Of a stretch of 32,000 bases of DNA, positions 17,390 through 29,200 are shown piece by piece (within the stretch, counting starts at the first letter, position 1; each line of letters starts with the position of its first letter). The notes under the pieces were generated by a model. It was not told the DNA's origin and ran no database searches. It saw only the letters and a list, made by a program, of their open reading frames with translations. Source of the DNA: Fastidiosibacter lacustris (GTDB lineage Bacteria > Pseudomonadota > Gammaproteobacteria > Francisellales > Francisellaceae); the NCBI RefSeq assembly GCF_003428155.1, contig NZ_QLIR01000007.1, forward strand, positions 57,534 through 89,533, written 5' to 3'. The translations under genes were made by a program, and so were the position numbers.

Positions 17390-19618
17390 ATGCTAAGTAA
17401 GGAACTCGAACAAACATTAAATCAAGCATTTCAGCATGCAAGGGACTTACAACACGAATACTTAACGGTGGAGCATTTGTTAAGTGCGTTAATTGATAAT
17501 GCTGATGCTAAAAAAGTGCTCCGGGCTTGTGGTGCAAACTTATCTGAACTTAAAACTTCTTTAGACGTTTTTATTCAGCAATCTACACCCAAAATTACTG
17601 AAGAAGGTAAAGATACACAACCAACGCTTGGTTTTCAACGTGTATTACAACGTGCAGTTTTTCATGTCCAATCTTCAGGTAGAGGGGAAGTTAACGGCTC
17701 TAATGTACTGGTGGCAATATTTAGCGAGCAAGATAGTCAAGCAGTCAGTTTTTTAAAACAACAAAATGTTACACGTCTTGACGTTGTAAACTATCTTTCA
17801 CACGGTGTTTCTAATAGTAACAGCAATCAACAAACCCAACAGTCAATCGTAAACCCTACTGATGAACAAAGAGAAAAAACGCCACTTGAATTATATGCTG
17901 TTAATCTTAATCAACGTGCTAAAGAAGGTAAAATTGATCGCTTAATTGGTCGAGACTATGAAGTTGAGCGTGTTACTCAAGTCTTATGTCGCCGCCGTAA
18001 AAACAACCCTCTTCTTGTTGGTGAAGCAGGAGTGGGTAAAACTGCAATTGCCGAGGGCTTGGCTAAAAAAATTGTTGATAAACAAGTGCCTGATGTCCTT
18101 GCAAATGGTACGATTTACTCACTTGACATGGGTACGCTTTTAGCCGGAACAAAATACCGTGGTGACTTTGAAAAACGCTTTAAAGAAGTTCTAAAACAAC
18201 TTCAAGAAGAAGAAGGTGCAATTTTATTTATCGATGAAATTCACACAATTGTCGGTGCAGGAGCGGCTTCTGGTGGAGTTATGGATGCGTCAAATCTTAT
18301 TAAACCAGCACTTGCCTCAGGCGATTTAAAATGTATCGGTTCAACCACATATCAGGAATATCGTACGATTTTTGAAAAGGATCATGCGCTTGCCAGACGT
18401 TTCCAAAAAATCGACGTTGAAGAACCAACAATTGAGCAAACCTATGAAATTTTAAAAGGGCTTAAGCCTTATTTTGAAGATCACCACAACATCAAATATA
18501 CACTACCTGCTTTGCAAGCTGCAGCTGAACTATCAGCAAAGTATATTACCGAACGATTTTTACCTGATAAAGCCATTGATGTCATTGATGAACTAGGCGC
18601 TTATCAACGTACCAATGGTCATACCAAAAAGAAAAAACTCATCAATGTCACGGACGTTGAAAACATGATCGCACGACTTGCACGCATCCCTGCCAAAACC
18701 GTCTCCACTTCGGATAAAAATGCGATGGCAAAGCTAGGAAAAGATTTGAAAATGCTAGTTTATGGTCAAGATCAAGCCATTGAAGCTATGGTTGATACAA
18801 TTAAACTTGCTCGGGCAGGGTTGCGTGATCCCAACAAACCTTGGGGCTCGTTCTTGTTTTCAGGTCCTACAGGTGTTGGTAAAACCGAAGTCACCCAACA
18901 ACTTGCTAACTTACTTGGTGTTGAATTATTACGTTTTGATATGTCTGAATACATGGAACGCCATACAGTTTCTCGCTTAATTGGTTCACCTCCTGGATAT
19001 GTTGGCTATGAAGAAGGTGGATTATTGACTGAAGCGGTAATGAAGCATCCTTATGCAGTTGTTTTGTTAGATGAAATCGAAAAGGCACACCCTGATATTT
19101 ATAACCTGCTACTACAAGTCATGGATCATGGTACACTGACAGACAATAATGGACGCAAGGCAGACTTTAGGAATATTATCTTGGTCATGACAACCAACGC
19201 AGGAGCATTTGAATCTCAAAAAAATTCAATTGGTTTTGCTAAACAAGATAATGCACCTGATAGTATGGAGACGTTAAAACGGATATTTACACCTGAATTT
19301 AGAAATCGATTAGATGCTATTATCCAATTTGCGCCACTATCAAAAGAAGATGTTAAGTCTGTCGTTGATAAATTTCTTGCTCAGTTACAAGGTCAACTTG
19401 ATCACAGAGGCGTTTCACTTGAAGTTGATGAACAAGCCAAAGAGTGGTTAGCAGAACATGGTTACGATGAAAAAATGGGCGCTCGACCTATGGCACGTTT
19501 AATTCAAGAAACGATTAAAAAACCACTTGCTGAGGAAATTTTATTTGGTAAACTCGCTTCTGGAGGACGTGCAGAGCTTACAGTCAAAAAGAATAAACTT
19601 GCGTTTACTTATAGTTAA
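17390..19618 (+). CDS. clpA: ATP-dependent Clp protease ATP-binding subunit ClpA
   Basis: Two AAA+ modules ([15 protein letters not shown]; [15 protein letters not shown]), [17 protein letters not shown]. Confidence 0.97.
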   Translation: MLSKELEQTLNQAFQHARDLQHEYLTVEHLLSALIDNADAKKVLRACGANLSELKTSLDVFIQQSTPKITEEGKDTQPTLGFQRVLQRAVFHVQSSGRGEVNGSNVLVAIFSEQDSQAVSFLKQQNVTRLDVVNYLSHGVSNSNSNQQTQQSIVNPTDEQREKTPLELYAVNLNQRAKEGKIDRLIGRDYEVERVTQVLCRRRKNNPLLVGEAGVGKTAIAEGLAKKIVDKQVPDVLANGTIYSLDMGTLLAGTKYRGDFEKRFKEVLKQLQEEEGAILFIDEIHTIVGAGAASGGVMDASNLIKPALASGDLKCIGSTTYQEYRTIFEKDHALARRFQKIDVEEPTIEQTYEILKGLKPYFEDHHNIKYTLPALQAAAELSAKYITERFLPDKAIDVIDELGAYQRTNGHTKKKKLINVTDVENMIARLARIPAKTVSTSDKNAMAKLGKDLKMLVYGQDQAIEAMVDTIKLARAGLRDPNKPWGSFLFSGPTGVGKTEVTQQLANLLGVELLRFDMSEYMERHTVSRLIGSPPGYVGYEEGGLLTEAVMKHPYAVVLLDEIEKAHPDIYNLLLQVMDHGTLTDNNGRKADFRNIILVMTTNAGAFESQKNSIGFAKQDNAPDSMETLKRIFTPEFRNRLDAIIQFAPLSKEDVKSVVDKFLAQLQGQLDHRGVSLEVDEQAKEWLAEHGYDEKMGARPMARLIQETIKKPLAEEILFGKLASGGRAELTVKKNKLAFTYS

Positions 19619-19644
19619 TTTTAGTGGTTTACCTCAACACCTTT

Positions 19645-22197
19645 TCAACGCTTAACACTAAATGAACTTAAATACTTTAAGAATCTATGCACTAATAGTT
19701 GCTTTTTGCCTTGACTTGTAATTTGTTTATACGCTTGATCAGTCACATAAAATGTATCCTCAACTCTATGGGCCGCGGTGTGAATGCGTGCACGAATAAT
19801 ATAAAGGTGATGCGTTTCTAAAAAATAGCAAAGTGCTGCTAACAAACCAGGACGATCAGCGCATTTCACGATGATTTGCGAATATGTCTTATGCTTTGGA
19901 CTTAAGATTTGTACTTTATTTTTGATGCGCTTTAACGTGCTTGTTGCCAATGCTTGACCATGATTAGGATGATAGCTTACTTTGTTAACGATTAAGGCAC
20001 AATCAAGATGCTGTTTTAACCATTGCAGTGTCGTTGGTTCCTTTAATGGTACGTGATTTAGATCTGTCAACGTAAACTGGTAAAGCATAATCTTATTTGG
20101 TAATTGGAAAAAGCTTGCATCTGTAATATTAATATTTTCCTTGTATAAGACATAACAAATAGAAGATAAGTCAAGTGAACTTATTGGTGCTAGAATTAAT
20201 AGCATAGATTGCTGTAATTTTTCATTAAACTGGCAAAAAAACTTCACGATTTGATCAGCACAATTATCTATCTCCTGAGTTATGATATTACTTTGCCATG
20301 TTAAAGCAGCAGTAGACTGTTCAGTAAAATAGCGAGCAGGTAACGCTTGCCATACTTCCTTAATATAGATTTGTTCGTTTTCACCTAACAAACTCAGTAA
20401 CTTTAACTGTATTTGTTTAACCTGTTCTTTAACCGTAAGCTTCACCAATTGACCAAATTGATGACAAATGTTTTGGTAAAAATTAATAAACATGGTTTGC
20501 TGCCAATTTGTCCATAGATTGCGATTAGTGCCCTGAATATCAGCAATCGTTAATAAAAATAGGCTGTCCAAATAATATTGGCTCTGACAAAATAATGCAA
20601 ATTGACGAATAACTTCGGCATCAAAAATATCTGTTTTTTTAATTGCACGTGAAAAAGCCAGATGATGTTTAACAAGCCAAGTGACAAGGTGCATTTCATC
20701 TTGTTTAAGCTGCCATAAATGTCCATATTTTTGAATTAAACGTGCACCAAATTTAGAGTGATCAACGCCACTTCCCTTGCCAATATCATGAAATAAAGCA
20801 GAGATATATAATAATTTTGGTTCAGGATGACAAGCCATAAGCTTATATGCTAAAGGAAAGCTTAACTGATAAGCGTCAGAGTGCATCCGATAAAGGTTAT
20901 TAATCACTTCTATCGTATGACGGTCAACTGTATATTGGTGATATAAATCAAACTGCATTTGCCCTTTGCTGCGCGCAAATTCAGGGATGATTTTTTCTAT
21001 TAAACCAATATCCATCATGATACTCAATGCACTTTTTAGATTATGCTGTTGATTAAACAAATGTAAAAACTGCATTTGTAATGCTTGATGAGTAACGAAA
21101 TTACGCTTATCCATAGCTTTAATAAGGCGCATGTTGTTACGTAGAATATTTCCATCCAATGCTTTAATCTGTGGATACTGACAAAAATAGCTAAAAGGTT
21201 CGATTAACTCAACTTCTCTTTCAGGATAGTTTATGCTTCTGTGTTTTAAAATGCCGTTATCAATCCGAAATTGCTCATTTAGCTGTGTATCGTTATTCTT
21301 AGCATATTGCGCAATCAATTCACCAAAAATAATACGATTGATCAGCTTAACGTGACGAATGCTGTTGTAATAATGCTGCATAAACTGCTCAATAGCTTTG
21401 TTGGTTTTTTTATGTTTAAAGCCGAAAAAGTGCGCAACCAGGAGTTGTTTATCAAGTAAAAGCGTGTTTTGCTCACGCTGATAGAGAATATGCAAATAAA
21501 AACGGATTGCTGAAAGCAATCGATGTGCTTTTGTTAGTGCATTTAGCTCATCTTGAGTAATATAGTTTTGCTCAACAAAGTAGCGCAAGGTTGCCATTGG
21601 ATGGGTATAAAGCAATATCCAGTGAATACTTTGTAAATAACGTAAATTACCAATTGTATTTTTTATATCTGGTTGCTGATTGATTGGGTATTTATCATCA
21701 CGTGCCCATTGTTCTTGATATTTTTTAGTGATGAAATCAGGAGCAGCTGGTAAATTTTCTTTAAGATCCACTTGCTGTTTAAATTGTTGAAATAAATCAA
21801 AGTCTCCACATAGAAAACGTGCATCTAAAATTGCTGTCAATAAATTCAAATCATTTTGCACATATTTAAATAAACTTATCAATGTATGTGTTGAATAGCC
21901 AATCTTAAGTGGCAAATCATGGAGTTCTTGAATAAAGTTAATAAGCTTTAAATCGTTTAATGCTTCATCACTTTTTGCCAAAAATAATAAATCCAAATCC
22001 GAAAAAAGCGCTCTATCTTGGCGACCATAACCACCAATGGCAATAACGGCGATGGCTGTCAAATTTGGATAATACTGAAGGATAAGCTTATCAATGCTTT
22101 TATTGTAAAGCAGTAAGGTTTTATAAATCGAGTGCTTTTTCTTTAAAAACTGTTGACTGACATCATCAATAATGGCTTGACATGCTTGTTTTAACAT
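19645..22197 (-). CDS. glnD: [Protein-PII] uridylyltransferase / bifunctional UTase/UR
   Basis: Nucleotidyltransferase motif GGYGRQDRALFSDLDLLFL, HD motif FHDIGKGSGVDHSKFG, C-terminal ACT-like region ADRPGLLAALCYFLE. Confidence 0.92.
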   Translation of the reverse strand: MLKQACQAIIDDVSQQFLKKKHSIYKTLLLYNKSIDKLILQYYPNLTAIAVIAIGGYGRQDRALFSDLDLLFLAKSDEALNDLKLINFIQELHDLPLKIGYSTHTLISLFKYVQNDLNLLTAILDARFLCGDFDLFQQFKQQVDLKENLPAAPDFITKKYQEQWARDDKYPINQQPDIKNTIGNLRYLQSIHWILLYTHPMATLRYFVEQNYITQDELNALTKAHRLLSAIRFYLHILYQREQNTLLLDKQLLVAHFFGFKHKKTNKAIEQFMQHYYNSIRHVKLINRIIFGELIAQYAKNNDTQLNEQFRIDNGILKHRSINYPEREVELIEPFSYFCQYPQIKALDGNILRNNMRLIKAMDKRNFVTHQALQMQFLHLFNQQHNLKSALSIMMDIGLIEKIIPEFARSKGQMQFDLYHQYTVDRHTIEVINNLYRMHSDAYQLSFPLAYKLMACHPEPKLLYISALFHDIGKGSGVDHSKFGARLIQKYGHLWQLKQDEMHLVTWLVKHHLAFSRAIKKTDIFDAEVIRQFALFCQSQYYLDSLFLLTIADIQGTNRNLWTNWQQTMFINFYQNICHQFGQLVKLTVKEQVKQIQLKLLSLLGENEQIYIKEVWQALPARYFTEQSTAALTWQSNIITQEIDNCADQIVKFFCQFNEKLQQSMLLILAPISSLDLSSICYVLYKENINITDASFFQLPNKIMLYQFTLTDLNHVPLKEPTTLQWLKQHLDCALIVNKVSYHPNHGQALATSTLKRIKNKVQILSPKHKTYSQIIVKCADRPGLLAALCYFLETHHLYIIRARIHTAAHRVEDTFYVTDQAYKQITSQGKKQLLVHRFLKYLSSFSVKR

Positions 22198-22331
22198 TTT
22201 GCTTTAGGCACTTATGGTCGATATGTACCATAAATGTAACACGTTAAATAGCAACCTTGAACTAAAGATTTTCATAGGTTCAATATTATAGCACTTATAG
22301 ATTAGTAAATATACTTACATTCTTAGCTACT

Positions 22332-23582
22332 CTAAATTTCCGTCACTTCTTCAGTTTCTACAGCCAAAAACTCACACATATTATCAAATTTATGTTTAAG
22401 TGATGTAAATGTATCTGATTTAACGATAACTTTTGCTGCAATATCTCTTAGGTTTCGTGAGGTCGGAAGCAGATCACCAACTTTTACTAAATGATCAATC
22501 TTATGCTCAGCTACATGGGAAGGGACATTTAATTTCGTCACACGCCCTTTTTGATAAGGTAGAATCCCGCTAAAACAATAATGTTTTACCTCTTGTGCAT
22601 AATCCATATCAGTAAAGTTTGTTAATAACTCCAAATTTAATAAATTAACACCAAATGCCTCTTTATACATAGGTACAATAATGGCACCTGGTGTCCTGGC
22701 TGCAACCTCCAAAAAGACAACTTCGCCCGCCTGAGTGATAAAAAATTCTAAATGCGCTGCGCCATCTGAGTATGAAAATACTTTCATAACGGTATCGGAC
22801 AGTGATTTCCCCAAGGCAAATTCTTTTGAATCCTCAGGAAGCGGCAAACTCAAAAGCGCTTTCCCATCTCTAAACTGACAGTTCGGCACACTGTATTGGC
22901 AACATACTTGGAACACAGCTTCGCCATTCTTGTAAATGCTATCAATATGATACAATGTCCCAGATATATATTCTTCAACTTCGTAGTGTGTAAGATTTTG
23001 AATTAAGCTTAATGCTTCAAAAAACTGCTCTTTACTATGTATTACACTAACTCCATTTGACCCAAAATCCGCTAGTGGTTTGATGACAAAAATATCCCCA
23101 ACCATGCTAGTGATGCGCTGATAGCTTTTTTCTATATCACTATTGTCGATTAAATCTGATGCCTGAAAGAATCTTGGCACTCTAACATGATGCTCATCAA
23201 GCTTCTGTTTCATCTTAACTTTATTTCTAAATAATTCAGCCTCCTCTGGCTTTAAACCTTGGACACCATACTTTGCTCTTAACTGAGCTACTGGTAATAA
23301 ATAGTCTTCTGATAAGCACACAAACCTAACATCATTGCGATTATATTGTTTTAGTATGTTTTCTAACTCAAACTCAATATCACTATAATTTAGATATTCC
23401 GAAGCAATATTTTTGCTGGATAGAATTTTTATATTCTCATGTGCAAAACGATTTCGTGTCAACGCCAATTCATTTATTGAAACCACAAAAACATAATCAA
23501 GGTCTAGCTTCCTATTGATTTCATCAAGTTCATATGACTGTAATTTTGTATAAGTATTGAAAAAAACAGCTAATTTTCTCAT
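22332..23582 (-). CDS. ATP-grasp domain protein (carboxylate-amine ligase-like)
   Basis: DIFVIKPLADFGSNGVSVIHS, YEVEEYISGTLYHIDSI, AAHLEFFITQAGEVVFLEVAARTPG. Confidence 0.85.
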   Translation of the reverse strand: MRKLAVFFNTYTKLQSYELDEINRKLDLDYVFVVSINELALTRNRFAHENIKILSSKNIASEYLNYSDIEFELENILKQYNRNDVRFVCLSEDYLLPVAQLRAKYGVQGLKPEEAELFRNKVKMKQKLDEHHVRVPRFFQASDLIDNSDIEKSYQRITSMVGDIFVIKPLADFGSNGVSVIHSKEQFFEALSLIQNLTHYEVEEYISGTLYHIDSIYKNGEAVFQVCCQYSVPNCQFRDGKALLSLPLPEDSKEFALGKSLSDTVMKVFSYSDGAAHLEFFITQAGEVVFLEVAARTPGAIIVPMYKEAFGVNLLNLELLTNFTDMDYAQEVKHYCFSGILPYQKGRVTKLNVPSHVAEHKIDHLVKVGDLLPTSRNLRDIAAKVIVKSDTFTSLKHKFDNMCEFLAVETEEVTEI

Positions 23583-23586
23583 CTTT

Positions 23587-24660
23587 TCAGTATCCTTTTA
23601 TAGAGTTTAACAAAATAAAACAAAACGCGCATAGGCAGCCAACTGTCAAGCATAGGCTCCATAGTAATGATGGGGAAATAACGTATAGTTTTGTGCCTAC
23701 AAGTGGAGCAACAAACCCTGCTGCAGAAAAGCTTAACTGATAAATGCCAATGGTATTTCCTTTCTTGTATGGGCTGGACCTTAACATGTAAGGCAACAGC
23801 GCAGGAAATAATATCATTTCACCAAATGTCCATAATACACACAGCAGTAACGCGATGTATATATTGCTAATCAAAAGCGTCAAGCCGATTCCAAAAGATA
23901 ATAACAAAGCACCTACAAAGCAAGTTGTAGATAACGTTTTTTTGTCAAAAAAATGACCTACTGGAATTTGGCATACGACAATTATTATCCCGCTAAACGC
24001 AAATATCAGTGAAACATCCGCAGCAGAAAATAGCCCATGACTGCTTAAAAAAATTGGATAGGTTGTTTGATTTTGATTAAAAATTATCATCATCACGAGC
24101 AACAGCAGATTTAGAAATACGAAAGCAAACAATCCGCTATGTTTTTGAGTCTGAACAGAACCATTTGATGCTTTTGGTGCTTTACACGGAGGAAAGCCCA
24201 ATGAGTAACCAATATTTAAAGCTACTCGCCTGTACGAAAGCAAGGACATTTCCTTGATAACATGTTTATACTCTAAAAGTGCTATGATAGATGAAGGACG
24301 AAAACCACTATTAAAAAAACCAATGGCAAACAGAATAAAGCAAAAACCAAGTATATGAGACTGAAATGGGAGTAATATAAGCGATATTACATTACCAAGT
24401 AAGGAGATGATAATGATAGATTTAGCTGAAAATATGTCCGAACATATGCCTCCCAAGTACCCTCCAATAACCGAGCCTATGCCAAAGCACGAAATCATGA
24501 TACCAATGCTGTCTGTGCTGTAGCCATAATCATGAAAGTAAAGCGTTCCCACAATAGTGACTAATTGGATCATTGCATTGAAAAAAATCAATGTTAATAA
24601 TAGGTATATCTGTTTAGGTAACCCTAACAAACAATTAACCATTTTACGCACAGCATGCAT
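23587..24660 (-). CDS. MFS transporter, apparently lacking the TM5/TM6 region
   Basis: 357 aa; hydrophobic helices and GICSDIFSAKS loop typical of MFS; sequence jumps from RRVALNIGYSLG to FPPCKAPKASNGSVQTQKHSGLFAFVFLNLLLL. Confidence 0.8.
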   Translation of the reverse strand: MHAVRKMVNCLLGLPKQIYLLLTLIFFNAMIQLVTIVGTLYFHDYGYSTDSIGIMISCFGIGSVIGGYLGGICSDIFSAKSIIIISLLGNVISLILLPFQSHILGFCFILFAIGFFNSGFRPSSIIALLEYKHVIKEMSLLSYRRVALNIGYSLGFPPCKAPKASNGSVQTQKHSGLFAFVFLNLLLLVMMIIFNQNQTTYPIFLSSHGLFSAADVSLIFAFSGIIIVVCQIPVGHFFDKKTLSTTCFVGALLLSFGIGLTLLISNIYIALLLCVLWTFGEMILFPALLPYMLRSSPYKKGNTIGIYQLSFSAAGFVAPLVGTKLYVISPSLLWSLCLTVGCLCAFCFILLNSIKGY

Positions 24661-24687
24661 GATTAAATACTCTATGATTTTCTTTGC

Positions 24688-24945
24688 CTAGTCTTCGCAT
24701 ACCCCAAATGGTGCAGCGATAATTTCATCTGTGGGAAGATGATCAAAAACAAAATATGGACTTGCGCGATCAATCGATTTTTGATTAGCAAATATATCTA
24801 ATAATCGGTCTGGAAAATTTTGATACGCTGTTTTTCTCAATTGTTGAATATAGTTACAGTTTCCTGATGGATCATAGCTTAAACCCTCTAGTGATTGTTT
24901 AAGGATAGTTCTTTCTTCACTTAATAAAATAATTTTATTTTCCAT
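24688..24945 (-). CDS. Small protein of unknown function (85 aa), possible N-terminal remnant of a larger enzyme
   Basis: ORF in same orientation as the MFS and ATP-grasp genes; PYFVFDHLPTDEIIAAPFGVCED weakly resembles the N-terminal region of clavaminate-synthase-like oxygenases. Confidence 0.4.
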   Translation of the reverse strand: MENKIILLSEERTILKQSLEGLSYDPSGNCNYIQQLRKTAYQNFPDRLLDIFANQKSIDRASPYFVFDHLPTDEIIAAPFGVCED

Positions 24946-25181
24946 AGTTGTACAACCTCATAAATTACTGGTCTTAAGCACTTTTAATTGCCTCCTATCG
25001 AATAAACATATATATAAGAATAATTGATATGATGCGCTTTAAAAGCTAAAAGAAACTGTATCTATAGTCAAGGAATTTTGTAAAAATTTTGAATTTTATG
25101 TATCTAATTATTTTTAATCATATCAAATAACAATATTCATTTTACACTCAAAAAAACTCAAGCAAATGTGATAAAAACAAT

Positions 25182-26036
25182 TTACGTACACGAAGAAAAA
25201 TATGCATATGTTAATTCATGACCAACAACAGGGTAAAGCACACCCGTCAAAGCAATTGATGGTCCAAATGGAATTAAAAAATGTTTTTTGCGCTTGATAA
25301 GACTCAATAAAAGCGCAAACAAAATACCTAAAACAGCACTCACCAAAACAATAAACAATAAGCTTTGAAAGCCAAACCAAGCCCCTAAGGCTGCCATTAA
25401 TTTAAAGTCACCGTAACCTAGACCTTCTTTTTGCGTGATAATTTTAAAAATCCAAAATGTAAACCACAATGTCCCATAACCAATAGCCGCACCCCACAAT
25501 GAAAAAACAGGAGTTGTAAATACATAAAAACTATTTGCTAATAATCCAATCCACAGTAAAGGTAAAGTTAAAACATCAGGTAATATAAAGTGTTTAAGGT
25601 CAATTACAGTAAGCACAATTAGAAAAAAACATAATATTGAAAGCAATAAACTAAAGGCATTTATACCAAAATGCCACATAATGAAGAATACTAAAGCGCC
25701 ACTTAATATTTCTATAGTTGGATAGGTGAAAGATATTTTATAATGGCAAAAGCGACATTTACCACGTAAAAAAATAAAACTTAAAATCGGGATGTTATGC
25801 CACGCTTTTAATGGTGTATGGCAATGTGGACAAGCTGAGCGTCGATTTAGGTTTTCTGTTGGGTGATTTTCAGCGTTTGGTACTTTGATCCCCAAAACTT
25901 GCGATGCTTCCTGATGGTATTGTTCATCAAGCACCTTAGGTAAACGCAAAATAACCACATTTAAAAAACTACCAATACAAATAGCAACTATCGTAATTAT
26001 TATAAGCATGATCGGGGAGTTTGCCAAAAAGTCCAT
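25182..26036 (-). CDS. pilD: Prepilin peptidase / N-methyltransferase PilD
   Basis: SFLNVVILRLP, two CxxC pairs (ACPHCH, CRFCH), VIDLKHFILPD, GLGYGDFKLMAALGAW. Confidence 0.95.
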   Translation of the reverse strand: MDFLANSPIMLIIITIVAICIGSFLNVVILRLPKVLDEQYHQEASQVLGIKVPNAENHPTENLNRRSACPHCHTPLKAWHNIPILSFIFLRGKCRFCHYKISFTYPTIEILSGALVFFIMWHFGINAFSLLLSILCFFLIVLTVIDLKHFILPDVLTLPLLWIGLLANSFYVFTTPVFSLWGAAIGYGTLWFTFWIFKIITQKEGLGYGDFKLMAALGAWFGFQSLLFIVLVSAVLGILFALLLSLIKRKKHFLIPFGPSIALTGVLYPVVGHELTYAYFSSCT

Positions 26037-26220
26037 GATTTTCTAATCCAGTTTGTTTTGCTTAAGTGTACTCGAAAATAAAGAATATGAACTATTTTTT
26101 GTTATGATATACGATAATTTTTTAGTAAAAACCAGACTTTTCATTTATCTGTATAAGTTTTTCATAGCAACTAAAACGTGTTATGATCTGAGCTTAAGTC
26201 AAATAATAAAAATCAGGCGC

Positions 26221-29200
26221 ATGCAACCTTTTTCATTGTCTAAGTTACTTACGAACGTCCAAACAAAAGATCGCAGTAAACTCATTACATCTTTTAATCA
26301 TTTATCCAAACGTAATGACGTAAATTATGAGGGTGATACATGGTCAAAGCTTATTAATGAAGTGAAGTATTCAGCACAAAAAGTACAAGCACGTATGGCA
26401 CGCATACCCAAAATAAACTACCCAGATTTGCCCGTTAGTCAGCGTGTGACTGAAATTAAAAAGATCATTAACGATCATCAAGTTGTGATAGTTGCGGGTG
26501 AAACGGGTTCAGGCAAATCAACCCAACTGCCTAAAATATGCTTAGATTTAGGACTTGGAGCAAAAGGTTTAATTGGGCACACTCAGCCAAGGCGGCTTGC
26601 TGCACGCTCACTTGCCAAACGCTTAAGTGATGAAACTCAGATGACTATTGGGGAAGGTATTGGTTTTAAAATTCGTTTTAGTGATCAAACCAATGAAAAT
26701 ACTTTTATTAAGGTGATGACTGACGGAGTTTTATTAGCCGAAATTCAAAATGATAAATATCTGTCACAATATGAAGTTATTATTATTGATGAAGCCCATG
26801 AACGCAGTTTAAATATTGATTTTTTACTTGGACACATTTATCAAATTTTGAATAAACGACCTGATTTAAAACTTATTATTACTTCGGCAACCATTGATCA
26901 AGAGCGTTTTTCCAAACACTTTAATGCACCTATTATTGAAGTTTCTGGGCGGACTTATCCAGTTGAGATTCGCTATCAAGATCCATTGGAGTTTAATAAT
27001 GACTTCTCGCAAGCTGAGCATATTTTAACAGCCGTACAAAGTTTAAACCACGAAAAACCTGGAGATATTCTTGTATTTTTAGCCACTGAGCGCGAGATTC
27101 ATGATGCAGCAGAAACGCTAAGGAAAGCTCAACTGCGTCATACCGAAATATTACCTTTATATGCCAGGTTATCGAATGCCGAGCAAGATAAAATTTTTAA
27201 TCCAAGTGGCGTTGGGCGTAGAATTATTTTATCGACAAACGTAGCAGAAACATCTTTAACCGTTCCGGGTATTCGTTATGTGATCGACACAGGGGATGTG
27301 CGTATGAGTCGTTATAGTTATCGCACTAAAGTGCAACGCCTACCAATTGAACCGATTTCACAAGCTAGTGCCAATCAACGCACTGGTCGTTGTGGACGAG
27401 TAACTGAAGGGATCTGTATTCGGCTTTACTCTGAAGAGGATTTTCTATCTAGAGCCCCGTTTACTGACCCAGAAATTGTACGAACTAACCTTGCTTCTGT
27501 TATCCTACAGATGGAAACCCTAAAATTAGGTAACATAGAAAAGTTTCCATTTATTGATAAACCTGATCGTCAATTTATTAAAGATGGTTACCGCTTGCTG
27601 CATGAAATTGGAGCAATTGTTGAACATAGCAAAAAACATCATGTTCAAATTACGCCTATTGGTAAACAAATTGCGAAATTCCCACTTGATCCACGTTTAG
27701 CTAAGATGCTCGTTAGTGGCGCCAAATTGAATGTACTACGTGAAATTCTGGTTATCGTGAGTTTCTTAAGTATTCAAGATCCACGTGAACGCCCACTGCA
27801 ATTTCAACAAAAAGCAGATGAAGTACATAAACAAGATCATCATCAGGACTCTGACTTTCTGACTATTGTGAGTCTATGGCAACGCTATCACAATGAGACA
27901 AAAGATTTATCTCATCGGCTAACCCATGAATATTGCAAATTTAACTTCTTGTCGCCTTTACGCATGCGAGAATGGCGTGAGGTTTATTTTCAATTACTGA
28001 TGTTAACAGAGACATTTAAATGGACGATAAGTGAGGTAGAATCCAATTATGCCTACATCCATCAAGCAATTATTTCTGGTCTTTTAGGACATATTGGTTT
28101 TAATTATGAATTAAAAGAATATTTAGGTGCCAGAGGGCTTAAGTTTCATATTTTCCCCGGTTCATCTCAATTTAAACGTACACCAAAATGGATATGTGCT
28201 GCTGAAATAACTGAAACGACTAAACTTTATGCACGCACAGTTGCCAAAATTGATCCCTTATGGCTTGAATCAATTGCTGAACATTTAACGAAAAAACATT
28301 ATAGCGCGCCCTATTGGAGTCAAAAGCACAAAGCTGTTATGGCAAATTTAAGGATAAGCTTATATGGCTTGGATATCGTTAATAATCGCAAGGTACAATA
28401 TGGAGAGGTTGATCCTATTATCTCACGCGAGTTATTTATTCGACATGCGCTAGTGTATGGTGAATTTAATACTCAAGCGGCATTCTTTAATCAAAACCTG
28501 GCACTGCTTAATGAAGTAGAAGATCTTGAACATAAAGCACGCAAAAGAGACATCGTAGTGGATGAACATACCCTTTATAGCTACTATGAGAAACTTATTC
28601 CAGAGCATGTCAATAATGGTGTTGTATTTGAAAAATGGTATAAGTCATTGTCTGCCCAAGAACAGCAAGCACTGATGTTTGAAAAAGTCGCCCTAATGCA
28701 ACATGAAGCAGAAGATATTACACATATAAGCTATCCTGATTATTTTGATTTTGGCAAATTTAAGCTGCCTTTACGTTATCATTTTGATCCAAGTGCTGAG
28801 GATGATGGGGTCACGATGATCGTTCCACTTGTACTTTTAGATCAAATTGATGCACAAGCTTGTGACTGGTTAGTACCTGGGCTATTGGAAAATAAAATAG
28901 TTGCCTTGCTTCGTGCATTACCCAAAAATATTCGTAAGGCATGCGTCCCTGTTCCACACTATGCCAAAGCGGTTTTTGACGCAATTGATATCGATTATAA
29001 GCAAAATTTTTACGATGTACTGGTGTCCCAGCTTATTCGTATTACCGGGATATCATTTACTAGAAGTGTATGGCAACAATCTGAAATTGAGCCACATTTA
29101 AACATGCGTTATGAAGTAGTAGACGAAAATAGAAAGGTTCTTGCCACCGGGCGTGACTTAACACAAATTCGCACTAAGCTTAAAGATGTGGAAAGATCAA

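Noticed and set aside
17946-19088. Small ORFs inside clpA on both strands
   Set aside because: Shadow ORFs of a strongly conserved gene.
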